This document shows, in pieces, positions 12,779 to 27,041 of a stretch of 64,000 nucleotides of DNA; position 1 is the first letter of the stretch, and every line of letters starts with the position of its first letter. The stretch comes from the human T2T-CHM13v2.0 reference genome, Homo sapiens. The DNA lies in NCBI RefSeq assembly GCF_009914755.1, contig NC_060941.1; one strand, given 5' to 3'. The notes beneath the pieces are model-generated. The model was not told where the DNA came from. It saw only the letters and a program-made list of their open reading frames with translations, and did not search any database. A program made the position numbers and the translations under genes.

Positions 12779-12972
12779 CATGGTTCTCAACTGGGGGCCA
12801 CTGAGATGTCTAGAGAGATGTTTTTGTTTTCACAACTCGGGGAGGGTGCTACTGACATCTTGTGGGTAGAGGCCAGGAATGCTGTTAAACATCCTACAAG
12901 GAAGGCACAGGACAGTCTCCTACATCAAAATATGACCCAGTCCCAATGTCACCACTGCTGGGGTTGACACTG
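12779..12972. mobile_element. MER20 (hAT-Charlie) DNA transposon remnant
   Basis: TGGTTCTCAACTGGGGG start; GCTACTGACATCTTGTGGGTAGAGGCCAGGAATGCTGTTAAACATCCTACAA core. Confidence 0.8.
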
Positions 12973-12989
12973 GCACTGCTATCTTAATT

Positions 12990-13175
12990 ACATTCATTGA
13001 GTGTCTTTTAGGAGGCCCTATTCTAAGTGCTTGCTAAGATTATCTCATTTAATCCTCACAACACTTCCGCTATGTAGCAGGTGCTGTTATTATCTCCGTG
13101 ATGGGGAAACTGAAGCACAGAGAGGGTTAGTAACTTGCTAAAGGTCACAGAGCCAGTGGGTGGTGGAGCTGGTTG
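12990..13175 (-). mobile_element. MIR
   Basis: TCATTTAATCCTCACAAC...GGGGAAACTGAAGCACAGAGAGG...AAGGTCACAGAGC core. Confidence 0.8.
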
Positions 13176-14324
13176 CCTGACACTAGTTCCCTCCCCTCTC
13201 AGCCACATGTGGGTTTACTTGGCCATTGTGGACTAGTCTGGGAACCCAGATATGATCTATAACATTGACCCAGTAGAATATTGATTCCAAAACCACTGTC
13301 TCACAAATGAATTTTTACAAGAGTCTGTAATCGGAGCATGACCCAGAATAAGGTTAGGGAGATGTGGAGTTAAAGCTCTCAATTTCTTATCTGGCCCCGA
13401 CACAGAGAGCAAGGCATTTCACTCTACATTGGTGCTCTGTTTATAAAACAAAGAGCAAATATCTCTTCCTAAGGTCCTTAAACCTCTTCCCCCAATCCAG
13501 GGTTTCTGGACTGCTCTGCCATATGACGGGGCAGCTGGTTTGATTGACCCAGGGAAGGCTGGAAATCAAGACTGGGGGATCAAGACGTAGATTCAGTGTG
13601 GCCAAGGTCAAGTCTCTGAGGTTTAGGGACATCAGATCCCCAGCTTAGGTTCTGTACCTCGGCAAGGTGAAAGCGTTGGCGCCCACTGATGAGGCCTGCT
13701 CTGAGATTGTGGGTGTGGGTTGAGTTGGGTGGGCATAGGCAAGTCCTCTTGTAAGAATCTTTTGGCAAAGATGGGCCTGGGAGGCTTTTCTCACTTCCTG
13801 GGGCCCAGGCTTTGCAATAAGTATTCCATTATACTGTGGTACCTTGGGGCTACCTGAGAATCCTCTGTCTCGCCCCTGTTGCCTTGCCAAAGAGTTTGCT
13901 GTCCAAGAATTCCTTTCCTGTCTCCAGGTGCCATGCTCCTGCCACCTCTGCCAGGTTCCCTGCCTGCCCAGATGGCTCCCAACTGAGTGTGAGGAGGAAT
14001 TTGAGACAGGTTTTGAGCTTTCTGGGTTCTCCAGTTAGGAAACTTTCTGTAAGCATGCAGATAGAATGGGCTTCAGCAAAATACAAACTCGAACAACTTC
14101 CATGTATAGTCCCTTAATTTTCTTTGCTTTTTTCATATTTCATCAGGCTCCATGCTGAGCCCAATCAGGGACCCGATAGAAATCCAAACACCATGTCAGC
14201 GAGTCCCCAAGAAATGCATTTTGTGCCAAGGCTATTCAAGGAAGGTTTGGGAGCAGCTCAAGGGCAGACACTGTTACCCTCCCCCAGGTCCCCAGTGCAG
14301 GGCAGTGTTCTGCATGTGGAGGCA

Positions 14325-14555
14325 GTTTGGCCTAATGGTTAAGGAGGTAGGCTCTGATCGGGCCTCCTGGGCACAAATCCCAGCTCCCTGCTCACTGTGA
14401 GACCTAAGCCATATTGTTTAGCTGCTTGGAGAGTTTTTTGTCATCCACAACTTGGAGTATGATGGTACCTGTCTCACGGGTTGCCATGGGGTTCACACAA
14501 GCTAACCCGGTACTCACTAGGGCCAAGCACATAGTAACTGCTCAGTAAATGGCAT
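14325..14555 (+). mobile_element. MIR (degraded)
   Basis: TGGTTAAG...GGCTCTG...CAAATCCCAGCTCC...GCACATAGTAACTGCTCAGTAAATGG. Confidence 0.65.
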
Positions 14556-15699
14556 CATCGGCGGTGTCCTGTGGATGAGTGCTTGTGATTGGCTGAATGA
14601 CCAGAGGGGTCTAAAGATCCTGGTGATGGAATCAGTTGTACAGATAAATTGTTACACTGAGTAGGGATCAAGATAGGAAAAGTCGGCAACTACCCAGCTC
14701 CCCTGCACCAAACTGGGCAGAAGTGGATCCTCTGAAAATTGCACACACCCATGTTTAAATGTACACACAGAACTCTTGCCACAGGCAAGCGGAGATTTGT
14801 CATCTGCTGTCCCTGCCTCATCTTCTTCCTGAAATCCACTCCATGCCAGGAATAAACTGCATGCTCTCCACCAGCCCAAACTGACCTGCCTTCCCGCCAG
14901 CCATCCCGGGCAGGGTGACCTGGCTTAGTACATCGGGTTCAGAGATCTTTCCAGTTTACTCGTTGAATAAAAAGTGAGGGCTGATCGAGAAAGTAATGGC
15001 AGTCAGGGAAGGCGAAGGAGGTAAAGAAGAGATTTTACAAATGAAGTAATTCAACAGAGTGCTGACATTGGTAAACTGGCAAACAGATTTCAGGGTGGTT
15101 GGTTGAGAGTAGAGTAGAAAAGGATTAAATAAAGCAAACTTGTGGTGTACTGAATCTTAGGAATTCCATGTATCCAATAAGTATAGTCATTTATGAATTA
15201 ATAAATTCGGCCTAAGAAGCCTTCTTATCGCTTAAATCAAGACTAAGTAACAATATATCAGTTTTAAAAAGTCATTATATCAGAAAATCATTTAAATGAT
15301 ACACATAGATTTCCAAGATTTTACTTTAACCGAAACTATATAAATGTGAATTTGTTCACCCATCTTTTGACACAGGGCTCAGGTCTTCTCTTGGTGTCTG
15401 GATCAGCCAGTTGAAATTTCTTGTCTGTTTTGCCTATGCCACATTAATAATGCACTGTCTGGGTCCTCCGATTTCAGTTTGGATTTTGGGTTTACATTGT
15501 GGAGTCATCTGAATGCAGAATCCTTCAGGGATTTTACTTTTTTTTTTTTTTTTCATGGTCTTTACCATCCCATTTGATAGTAAATATTACTCACCTTTAT
15601 GAAGTCTTTCCAAAACATTCAACTAAATTTTCTTAAAATCATTGAATGATTTGAAGAGCTTATTCCTCAGCACTTTTACTCCATCAGCTTGCACCTTAT

Positions 15700-15992
15700 T
15701 TTTTAATCTTTTTTTGAGACGGAGTCTCGCTCTATCGCCCAGGCTTAAGTGCAATGGCGCGATCTTGGCTCACTGCGACCTCCACCTCCTGGGTTCAAGC
15801 AATTCCGCCTCAGCCTCCGCCGTAGCCGGGACTACAGGTACACACCATAATGCTCGGCTGATTTTTGTATTTTTGTAGGGATGGGGTATCGCCATGTTGG
15901 CCAGGCTGGTCCCGAACTTCTGACCCAAGTGATCCACCCACCTCGGCCTCCCAAAGTGCTGGGATTACAGGTGTGAGCCACCGCGCCCGGCC
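15700..15992 (-). mobile_element. Alu (AluS-like)
   Basis: Antisense Alu; TSD CAGCTTGCACCTTATT. Confidence 0.93.
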
Positions 15993-17059
15993 AGCTTGCA
16001 CCTTATTTAGGATATGTGATTATTATAGCAAGTCTGGTGTACATACAAGATTTTGAATGGGCACAGATGACCTTTAGTAAGTGCTTGGCTGTGATAAGAG
16101 GCAGTCCTGACTGCAGATCAGGCTGTGTGGACCCCAGCCTTGCATGTTTACAGACCTTCATGTCTTATTCTTACAGGGTATCAGAAGAACACCTACTGGG
16201 GAAACTTATAAATTAGTAAAAGGTGGGCATTCTCCCCGCCCATCTTCTGTCTGTCTGCCAGGACTAGCACAGCACTTTGAAGTCATTCACATAGAATCCC
16301 AACTTAAGAGGGTAAAATCCTCCTCAACAGACTGAAAATAAGTTTAAATTCCCTTTGCTATATTAACTCCCCTGAGGAAAGAGTCTTAGATCAATGTCCA
16401 ACACTAAAAACAGTTTTAAATCAGCAAGTGAGAATTAAATCTGAAGCAATTGATAATAATGTTTCATTCATTCCTCTCCTTTGGCCCCGTCCACCCTACT
16501 GCTAAATCCAGGCATCAAAGAGAAGAGGGACATAATTATCTCTAGTCCCAGCTGCTGGTTTTCCTTCCAGCCTATGGCCCAGTTTTCTGTTTTACTGAGA
16601 AGGCTGGTGATGTTATCTTGGGATCTAAGTCTGCAGTTTCACCACAAAAAGTCCAGGGATGCACTTTCATGCTTGTGTCCTCCTCCCTGGGATAGCAAGG
16701 ATATTAGAAGACCCCTGGCTCTGTAATTGCTTGTCATGTGCTCTACAGACGCCACAGAATGCCAAGAACGAAGTGCTGGGAAGGACAAATTCATGGAACC
16801 GTGGGACGGTGCTCCTCCCCCAGCGTAAAGGACAGCTCCTCCTCCTGAATTGGAGCCAGCGTTCTAAATCATGTGTCAACAGAGTTGTCCTGGATCGGAT
16901 CCAGTTCTGCCATTGATTTGCAGGTCATTTCAGTGGTACCTGTTTCCAGTTGTTCTTAATTGAACAGTGGCACCAAACTATTGTCTTGCCTCATCCCCCT
17001 CCCATGGCCTGTCCCCCAAAAAGAGACTTCTTGGGTAATTAATCAGGGCAACATCAGGC

Positions 17060-18038
<979 letters not shown>

Positions 18039-18042
18039 ATGA

Positions 18043-18320
<278 letters not shown>

Positions 18321-21300
18321 TTTTTTTTTTTAATTCTATTTATATTTACATGTATTTAAATGTGAATATTCACTACCTATTTGTTGCATGCCTGCATTTT
18401 TTATACTGGGCTTGCCAAAAACCCGAACAGCTTTCTACTTTGACAATGTATCAGAATTTAAATCAGCAATATGTTAATAAGCCAAGCAAAGGTTATATAT
18501 GCAAATAAAACTGTTGTCTATAACCTCCTGTTACACTGGGGCACAGCAAAAGTCATGGTGTAGTCGCATGTGAACCTGTCCCTTTCATAGCTGCTCATTG
18601 CCAGGAAACATCAGGAATAGCCATTTGGAAGAGTCATCAGCCCTCCCACCATCCGTTTTCTGTCTTGTCTTTTCCCTATGAGCAGGGGAAATTCCACGCT
18701 GGCCCCAATCCCCAGTGCAGCGGCTCAGCCTCTGCCTCTGCTGCTGGTCCCCATGAGGCCAGCTTAGAAACGGAGGATTTTGCAGAACATCCCTAAATCC
18801 GCTTGAATAATGAAGTGATCATTCATAAACTCACCTGAACCTTATTAAAACCTATTTAATATTTTTCCTGGATAATCCTATAGGGATAACTTGCCTCCTG
18901 GGCTTCTCTCCACCGGGTTCAGTTCTTCCTTTAGTGGTGAAGTTCCTCCCTTCTTAGCATCTCAACTGTGCCTGAGAAAAGGCCAGTGGCGGCTGCACTC
19001 TGTTCCCTGTGGAGTGTTAATAAAGACTGAATAAATTGAAATAAATCCCTTTCAATGTCATTAAGTGCTATAAATAATCATGAACCAATGTTCGATGGCT
19101 GATGAGAAATGCAAGAAAAAATTTTTAATCAGTAGGATTCATAAGTTGACAATCTGGGCCAAGTTAAAAAAAATAAAAATAAAAAGACTTTTAAAAAGAT
19201 CTTATCGTTTGTTACCAGTAAGACTGAATTCCAGAAGCAAGCTACTCCCTCATTTGTGGGCCCCTGTTATCACTGGCTGCTTAGGGTTGCCAAGCCCTGA
19301 ATTCATTTGTCAACTAAGAGATTTTTGGCCAAGATTAAGATTTCCCATGCCTCCATATTTCCATCTGAGAAATGGAGATTATACTGTCTTCCCCCTCAGA
19401 ATGGATGATAATGTGGTCTCTCTTCTGTTCGCATAGTCATAGAACTGAAATAAAACAACTTAAGAGAATTCCTTTGAGCTTCTCAGAAGTGCTGCAGGGC
19501 TGGGGGATGCCTCCCAGGAGCCGCAGTCAGGTGCTGATCTGAAGTCTTTGGTGGGCTGACTTTAGCCTGACCTGAAATAGTATAGCTGCTGCCACCTGGC
19601 TCCCTTAGCGTCAGTCAGACGGTGCAGCTGGTTCCTAGGGGTGAGGGCTGAGCCAGCAGGGTCCGTGCCCAGGAGGGATGCATGGGTGGCCACAGCCCAG
19701 CCTGCACTGATCTTGTCTGTCCCCTTCTTTGGAAGGAAGGAGCCCCAAACCAGGGTGCAAGACAGTGGGTGGGGGTGCCTTGAGCATGACCTCAAGTGAT
19801 TTCCAGCCCCTGCCAGTGCTGACTTCTCTGGGGAAGGGCTGGGACTTCCTTCTGGGCTCAAGTCACGACCCTTGGATGGAATTTCCTGGGAGCTTTTCTG
19901 TTTTTTCTGGAGTTTTCAGTTTTTTCCTAACCAGACAGGGACTTGGTACAGAATCTCATATTCTAATTATGCCTAGGAGCAGCCTCTCCCCACCACTCAC
20001 AGTGTTTAGCATGTGACAGGAATCGATTAAGGCATGAGTGATTAAATTAAAGCCAGGCATTGACTTGGATGGTGTAATATTCTGACATCTGTTTGGTGTC
20101 AAAGGCACGGGGCAGGCGCGTTAATTGAACTGCTTGCACCTGGCATTTGAATTGAGCCAGAGCGGGGCTAAAGTCAGTTTGCCTTCACCCTGTAAATGGA
20201 GGGTTTCTCCGGAGCGTGGATGGTGGGAGGTATTTCAGGGTGTATGCATAACCCCCACCCTGACAATGGCCCATCTCTTCTCCAGCGTGGCCAGGTTTGA
20301 GTGCCAGTCCTGGGTGTCCAGTGGCCCCATAGCCTTGCGTTTTAGTAAAATGCTGCCCCCATTACCACCTGGTCTGTGCACTTCGGTCACTGGAATTTGC
20401 CATCTTCCAGTCCCGAATGTGGCAAGCCATGGAGCCTTAAGCTCTTCTCCCTCCACATCCTGGAACAGACCCGCCAGTTTCTTCCAGGCATTGCCTCAGT
20501 TTGCCCCTCTGTTTCCAGTCACACTCTCACCAGCGATAAAATGATTTTAGACCTTATCATCTCACCCTCGGATCCTTATGGAAACAATAATGAGTTGTTC
20601 CCTGTTTCAATTCCAAAATTCATATCCAATCCGTTTTGCATGCCATTGCCAAATTCCTCCCAGAGCAACCCCGTCACCTGCCCTGGCCCTCTCCAAGTGT
20701 GGTCCTGCCATGGGCATCGCCTGCTAAGCCAAGCTGGCCTCGAGCTGCCTGCCCGGGTCCCCACACCTTGGCTCACCTCCCTGCCCAGTCCCGCCTCCTG
20801 CCAGCCTGCCCTGTGGCTCCTTCATAGATGCCGTGCTCTTTCTGCCCCTTGCTCACCCATGGCAGCCTTGCCCCTCTCTCCCTGCCCCACCCCCTATTTA
20901 AATTGACCTGACCTTCCTCAGTGTCCATCTTCCCCGAAGCTTTCCCCAGCCTTGGCACTCAAGGTCCAGAGGCTACGCGTTTCCTCTCACCTGTGGCAGC
21001 GCCGTGCTCCCCAGTGCCTCACAGTTTCCTTCTTGCCCCCGCTTCCTGTGTAGGACTCATCTGCCCACAGGTTGCACGTCCTGTGAGGGCAAGGACTGTG
21101 TCTTATGTGACTTTCCTTCTCCAGTCACAGAGCTGGGCACATAGATAGCTCAAAACCCTCTTTATTAACACAGTTGGATGTTGAGAAATCAAACAGGCCA
21201 ATGTCAAATGAGCTCTCCTTATTTAAATCAAGTCAGTTCTCCACCTCCTAGCACTCAGTTCCAGTACTCTATATACATGGAAATAATAAAAAACACATTT

Positions 21301-22436
21301 CCTTTGAAACATTCTATAATCGTTCCTTTGCCCTACTTCAGACCAACTTAACGCACTCCCCATTGGTCCAAATGAGTTTTGCTATACGAAGATGCTGATA
21401 ATAATAGCAGCAGTGGATTATTCTGCTAAAACCATTGCCTCGTTAATCCTCAGTCCCGAGGTGGGGATTATTATCCTCATTTTGCAGAGAAGCAAACTGA
21501 GACTCAGAGATTTCACAGCTGGGGAGGGAGCCAGCTCATCCCTCTGTCCAGGCCCAAGCTCTCTCCCGCTTGCCTTCCTGCCTCTGCAACCTCAGAGCAT
21601 CCCCCATCTGGTTCTACTGCCTGTGCTAGTCGTGCAGGAGCCAAAAGACACGTCTTTAGTGCTAAGGACTGGAGAAGCCATGCCCTCCAGCCTCTGTGAA
21701 TGGGTCATATGTAACATGAGCCTGGAGAAATTATTTGAAACCAAAGGCAAGCCTCTAAACCAGGCTGCTGCTTCATGGCGCCGGTGACGGCAGAACCAAA
21801 TTTAGTGCTGTGGGCAGGTCCACACTTATCAAATAGAGAAGCTCATTTTTCTTCCGGCTCACATCAAGCATGAAAAATGTTCACACATACCCCCCACACA
21901 CACATGCTTTCCGGAGGGGTCCATGTGGCTAGAGGCTGGAAGATGTGGATGAGAGGAGCCTGGCAGGTAAGCCCAGGGAAGATGACATTCAGCTTCCCAG
22001 ACAGCATCTACAGGGAGAAATTTAATTAAAAGTGGGGCGGTTTCCCTGAGCAAGGCAGACAAAGTCAGCCCTCTACTGTTAAGAAAAAGGGTCACAGTGA
22101 GAGGGGAGGTGAGGAGACTGAGTCTGTATTTTCTAGTCTGTTGGGCTACACTACCTGATCCCCCTTCCTCAAAAATCCACTTTACTTTCCCCATGTCTAC
22201 ACCAATGTGGTTCACACTCTGGGACCAGGAAAAGGGGGAGTGATGGGGAACAGAGAAGGGAGGAGCTCACACAGCTGAGGCTGGGGTTATGCATATCGAA
22301 TTACTTAGAATTTGCAACCTCACAGGGTACTTTCATGGCGTTGAAATACACTTCCCACAGCCACCCTCCCTCTAACTAAAAGCAAGAGTCATTTCTCAGT
22401 TCTGGTCTTGCCTCCCACGTTCTCCTCCACATTTAA

Positions 22437-22437
22437 G
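22437..22437 (+). other. Probable MAPT haplotype-tag SNP rs1467967, G allele
   Basis: TTTAA[G] context (the A allele would give a DraI site, TTTAAA); the distance from exon 0 agrees with recalled coordinates. Confidence 0.55.
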
Positions 22438-22757
22438 AAAATCCACCAGCTACAAAGTGAAGATACCATATGTGATATCCCACCCTAGTTTCTGTTTTAT
22501 CAGGGTTTGGAGCAGGTGGAGCAGGCAGAGGGATCATTTCAGCCTATAAATTGTATTAAGGGTGAGTACTGAGTCATTCTTCAAGAAAAGTTTTAGAAGC
22601 ATCCAAAACTGAAGGGTGGAGCCACCTGGAGACAGTATCATCAGTCCTGGCCCCGAGCATGGCCTGCATAGGCCCCCATGGATCCCAGCGGGAGCTGCAG
22701 AGTGCGGGCACCTTGGCACACAGCCCTGAGTGCAAAATTAGGAGCTGGGCAGAGGGC

Positions 22758-22880
22758 ATCTCTCTGTCGCCATTGGGCAGCCCAGGGCACACTGGTCATA
22801 GCCTTAGACCACGAACACCCTGTGCCCGGGGGACAGATGCAACCAGTGTGCCCTGGGCTGCCCAATGGCAACAGAGAGAT
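22758..22880. repeat. Inverted repeat, 39-bp arms (38/39 match), 45-bp spacer
   Basis: ATCTCTCTGTCGCCATTGGGCAGCCCAGGGCACACTGGT (22758-22796) and ACCAGTGTGCCCTGGGCTGCCCAATGGCAACAGAGAGAT (22842-22880). Confidence 0.97.
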
Positions 22881-23054
22881 CGACACCTGGACCCCATGTC
22901 ACGGGGACTCCACTACTAAGGCTCCTAAGACTGCCACCTTCCAGTGGGATAAGCCCTGCCTCCTACTGGGCCCACAATGTGCAGAGAACACTTGGGACTA
23001 CCTGGCTTTCTGGATACACAAATATTGATCCAATCTGGACTAATTAGAAGGTCA

Positions 23055-23713
<659 letters not shown>

Positions 23714-23864
23714 TCAACCTCTAGGTGTTTGAGACAGGAGAGTGATATGGGGGCACTGGAAACACACAGGCACGGGGTGTCCTCACACTTGGGTAGCCCA
23801 CACGATGTGATTTCAGGGTGCTGGGAGGTCCCCCCACTCCCCAAATTACTAACAAGTGGATAGT

Positions 23865-24055
23865 ACTTTACAGTTTATATGATCTCATTTGATTCTTAAC
23901 ATGAGCCTGTGAGTGAAAAATTCCTTCCCCTCTTCTACAGATTAGGACGTTGAGATTCAGGGAGGTTCAGAGGGATTCAGGGAAGTCAAGTGGCACCTGG
24001 AGTCCCGTGGCTAATTTGAGGCCGGTAGGGGATTCGAACCCAGGATTTGTGCTTC
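23865..24055 (-). mobile_element. MIR
   Basis: ATCTCATTTGATTCTTAAC...GGATTCGAACCCAGG. Confidence 0.65.
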
Positions 24056-24839
24056 TTATGCCTGGGCTTCTGCTCCCTGGGGCATGGTCTTCCCCCTAGC
24101 TTTCCCATTCACTGCTTTAGCCTAGGGGTCCTACCCTTTATTAAACTGCCAGTGCCTCACTGCTTTTCTCCCCCAAAGACAAAAAAAAAGTGTTTTTGCT
24201 TTTGTTTTGTTTTTCATGGGCAGAGACCTGGAATTTCAGCTTGAGAATTTGTGCCATATGATAAATAAATCAACAGATGGCTTTTTCCTTAAAAAAAAAA
24301 AAAAAAAAAACTAAGATGTATTTGCAGTGAGGCATAATTTGTACCAAAAAGTGCTCACCACACTGTAGTCATGGGGGCAGGAGGCAGCCGCGGGTGAAGG
24401 GAGAAATCTTGGAGTCCAGGCAGCCCCCTTCTGGGCTGAACTGGGGAGCTGGGGGTGCTGCCAGCCCTGCCAGGTTCTCCTAGGAGGCGGCAGCTCATAT
24501 GGCTGTGGGAGGAGGCAGAGGGAGCCTCATATGCACCCACATTTCCAGGGATCTAGAAGACAGAAGGAGGAAAACCACCATCATGTTAAAGCAGACAGTT
24601 AGGTAACACATCCTGTAATACAAGTTATTTTTTCCACATCTAAAGGCTAAAAATAGTTGTTAGAATTTAAAGATAATTGGTAAATGAGTTTCTATCCTTC
24701 TAGTTTCACATCAAATGGAATCATGCTGCCTTCACATCACTAGTGCCCGTTATTTGTGTTTAATTTCCACAATGTTGTCTAATTCCACTCTTTGGGCTTC
24801 CCCAGGGATCCAGCCTCCCTCACTCGCCCATCGCAGGGA

Positions 24840-24945
24840 GATGCTTTATTCATCTTTGTGTCTTCTGTGCCGGGCATAGCGCATGGCACAGAATAAGCAC
24901 TCAGTAATTGATTCACGAGTGAATAAATGGATGAGTGGGTGAGTT
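24840..24945 (+). mobile_element. L2 3' end fragment
   Basis: TTATTCATCTTTGTGTC...GGCACAGAATAAGCACTCAGTAA...TGAATAAATGGATGA. Confidence 0.65.
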
Positions 24946-24969
24946 CAATATTGACTACAAAAACCCTAA

Positions 24970-25415
24970 GGCCACACTGGTGAGTGGCTGCGCCTGTAGT
25001 CCCAGCTGCTGGGGAATCTGAGGCAGGAGGATCTCTTGAGCCCAGGAGTTTGAAACTAGCCTGGGCGATATAGCGAGAACCTGTCTCAAATGACAAAAAC
25101 AGGGCCAGGTGCAGTGGCTCACGCCTGGAATCCCAGCACTTTAGGAGGCCAAGATGGGAGGATCACTTGAGGCCAGGAGTCCGAGACCAGCCTGGGCAAC
25201 ATAGGGAGACCCTGTCTCTACAAAAAATTTTTTAAAAATTAGCTGGGCATGGCGGTGTGCGCTTGTAGTCCCAGCTACTCAGGAGGCTGAGGCAGGAGGA
25301 TCACTTGAGCCCAGGAAATTGAGGCTGCAGCGAGCCATGATGGCACCACTGCACTGCAGCCTGGGCGTCAGAACGAGACCTGCTCTCAAAAAAACAAACA
25401 AACAACAAAAAAAAA
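24970..25415 (+). mobile_element. Alu monomer (FLAM-like, ~24970-25098) followed by AluJ (~25103-25415)
   Basis: Alu consensus motifs and A-rich tails. Confidence 0.88.
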
Positions 25416-25783
25416 GGCTTTCTTAAAGAGACTTGAGAACAGAAAGGGGAACAGATACATAACTTATATATTTATTTGTTCATCTTTCCACCTTCCTGGA
25501 GGGTGGAGGGGAACAGGTCTGTATTTGGAGTTTTGAATGCTAAAAGTGGGAATACATGTACTGTTTGCCATGATCTGTTCAAAAGTTAAGCCAAATGCCT
25601 TAGATTCTCCTGAAAACTGGAATGCCACTGTAAACTATAAGCCCCACTTCAAAGATAAAAGATCTTGATGAACAGGGCTGGGTCTGTGGACTGGGCCTCT
25701 CCCCACCACACAAGGAAGGGTGGTGCCAGTTGAAGGAAAATCACTTAAATCCTTGCTGTCTCCTAATAAGGTGTGGTCCCAGG

Positions 25784-26443
25784 TAGGGCTGTCAGAATTA
25801 GCAAATTAAAACACAGGGCATCTGTGAAAATTAGAATTTCAGATAACAACAAATAATTGGCATAGGCTGCATAATGTCCCTCAAAGATATCAGGTCCTAA
25901 TCTCCAGAACCTGTAAATGTGATCTTATTTGGAAAAGGGGTCTTTGTAGATGTGGTTAAATTAAGGATTTTGAGATGGGGGGATTATCCTGTATTATCTA
26001 GGTAGGTCCTAAATGCAGTCACACTCATCCTTGTAAGAGGAAGGAAGAGAGAGATGGAAAACACAGAAGAGAAGACAATGTGGTGATGGAGGCAGAGATT
26101 GGAGTGAGGTGGCCACAAGCCAAGGACTGCTGGCAGCTACCAGCAGCCAGAAAAGTCCAGGAACCAATTCTCTCTTGGAGCTCCAGAGGGAGTGTGGCCC
26201 TGCTGACACCTTAGCTTCAACCTAGTGATCCTGATTTTGGACTTTGGCCTTCAGAAGTGTGAGGGAATGAATATCTGTTGTTTTAAGCCACCAAGTTTAT
26301 GGTCATTTCCTACAGCAGCCACAGGAATCAAAAACAGTAAGTATGTCCCATGCAATGTTTGTGACACACACCAAAAATATTACTTGTTGTTCACCTGAAA
26401 TTCAAATTTAACTGGGTCTCCTGTATTTTATTTGGCCAACCTA
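25784..26443. mobile_element. MER53 palindromic hAT MITE split by an MLT1 LTR
   Basis: Left part TAGGGCTGTCAGAATTAGCAAATTAAAACACAGG...TTTCAGATAACAACAAATAAT; right part AAGTATGTCCCATGCAAT...CTGAAATTCAAATTTAACTGGG...TTTGGCCAACCTA. Confidence 0.8.
25857..26337 (+). mobile_element. MLT1B/C-like MaLR LTR
   Basis: CCCTCAAAGATATCAGGTCCTAATCTCCAGAACCTGTAAATGT...TTTAAGCCACCAAGTTTATGGTCATTT...CAGCAGCCACAGGAA. Confidence 0.85.
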
Positions 26444-26695
26444 GTTCCCAGGCCCAAAGAAAGAGGCTTTTGAAATTTGCAAGAAAGCTGGTTGGAGCTG
26501 TCAGAAAGTGGACTTTGTAAACACAGTACCACCGAACCAATTTGAACTGTACTACCTCTAGACAAAAGAGAGGGCAGTCAGACAGTTGTTCGTGATTTCT
26601 TCTTTCAACAGTCATTTGAGCACTTACTACAAAACAGAAGCTATGTGTAAGGGTGGAGGCGTTAGCTGTTAATCAGGACCTCCAGGCTAAGTTTC

Positions 26696-27041
26696 TGTAT
26701 TAGTCCGTTTTCACGCTGCTGATAAAGACATACCCGAGACTGGGGAATTTACAAAAGAAAGAGGTTTAATTGGACTTACAGTTCCAAGTGGCTGGGGAAG
26801 CCTCACAATCATGGCAGAAGGCAAGGAGGAGCAAGCCACATCTTACATGGATGGCAGCAGACAGACAGGGAGAGAGAGCTTGTGCAGGGGAACTCCTCTT
26901 TTTAAAACCATCAGATCTCGTTAGACTTATTCACTATCAAGAGAACAGCACAGAAAAGACCTGCCCCCATGATTCAGTTACTTCCCACCAGATCCCTCCC
27001 ACAACATGTGGGAATTCAAGATGAGATTTGTTACCATATCA
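26696..27041 (-). mobile_element. THE1-family MaLR solo LTR
   Basis: TGTATTAGTCCGTTTTCACGCTGCTGATAAAGACATACCCGAGACTGGG ... CCATATCA. Confidence 0.9.
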
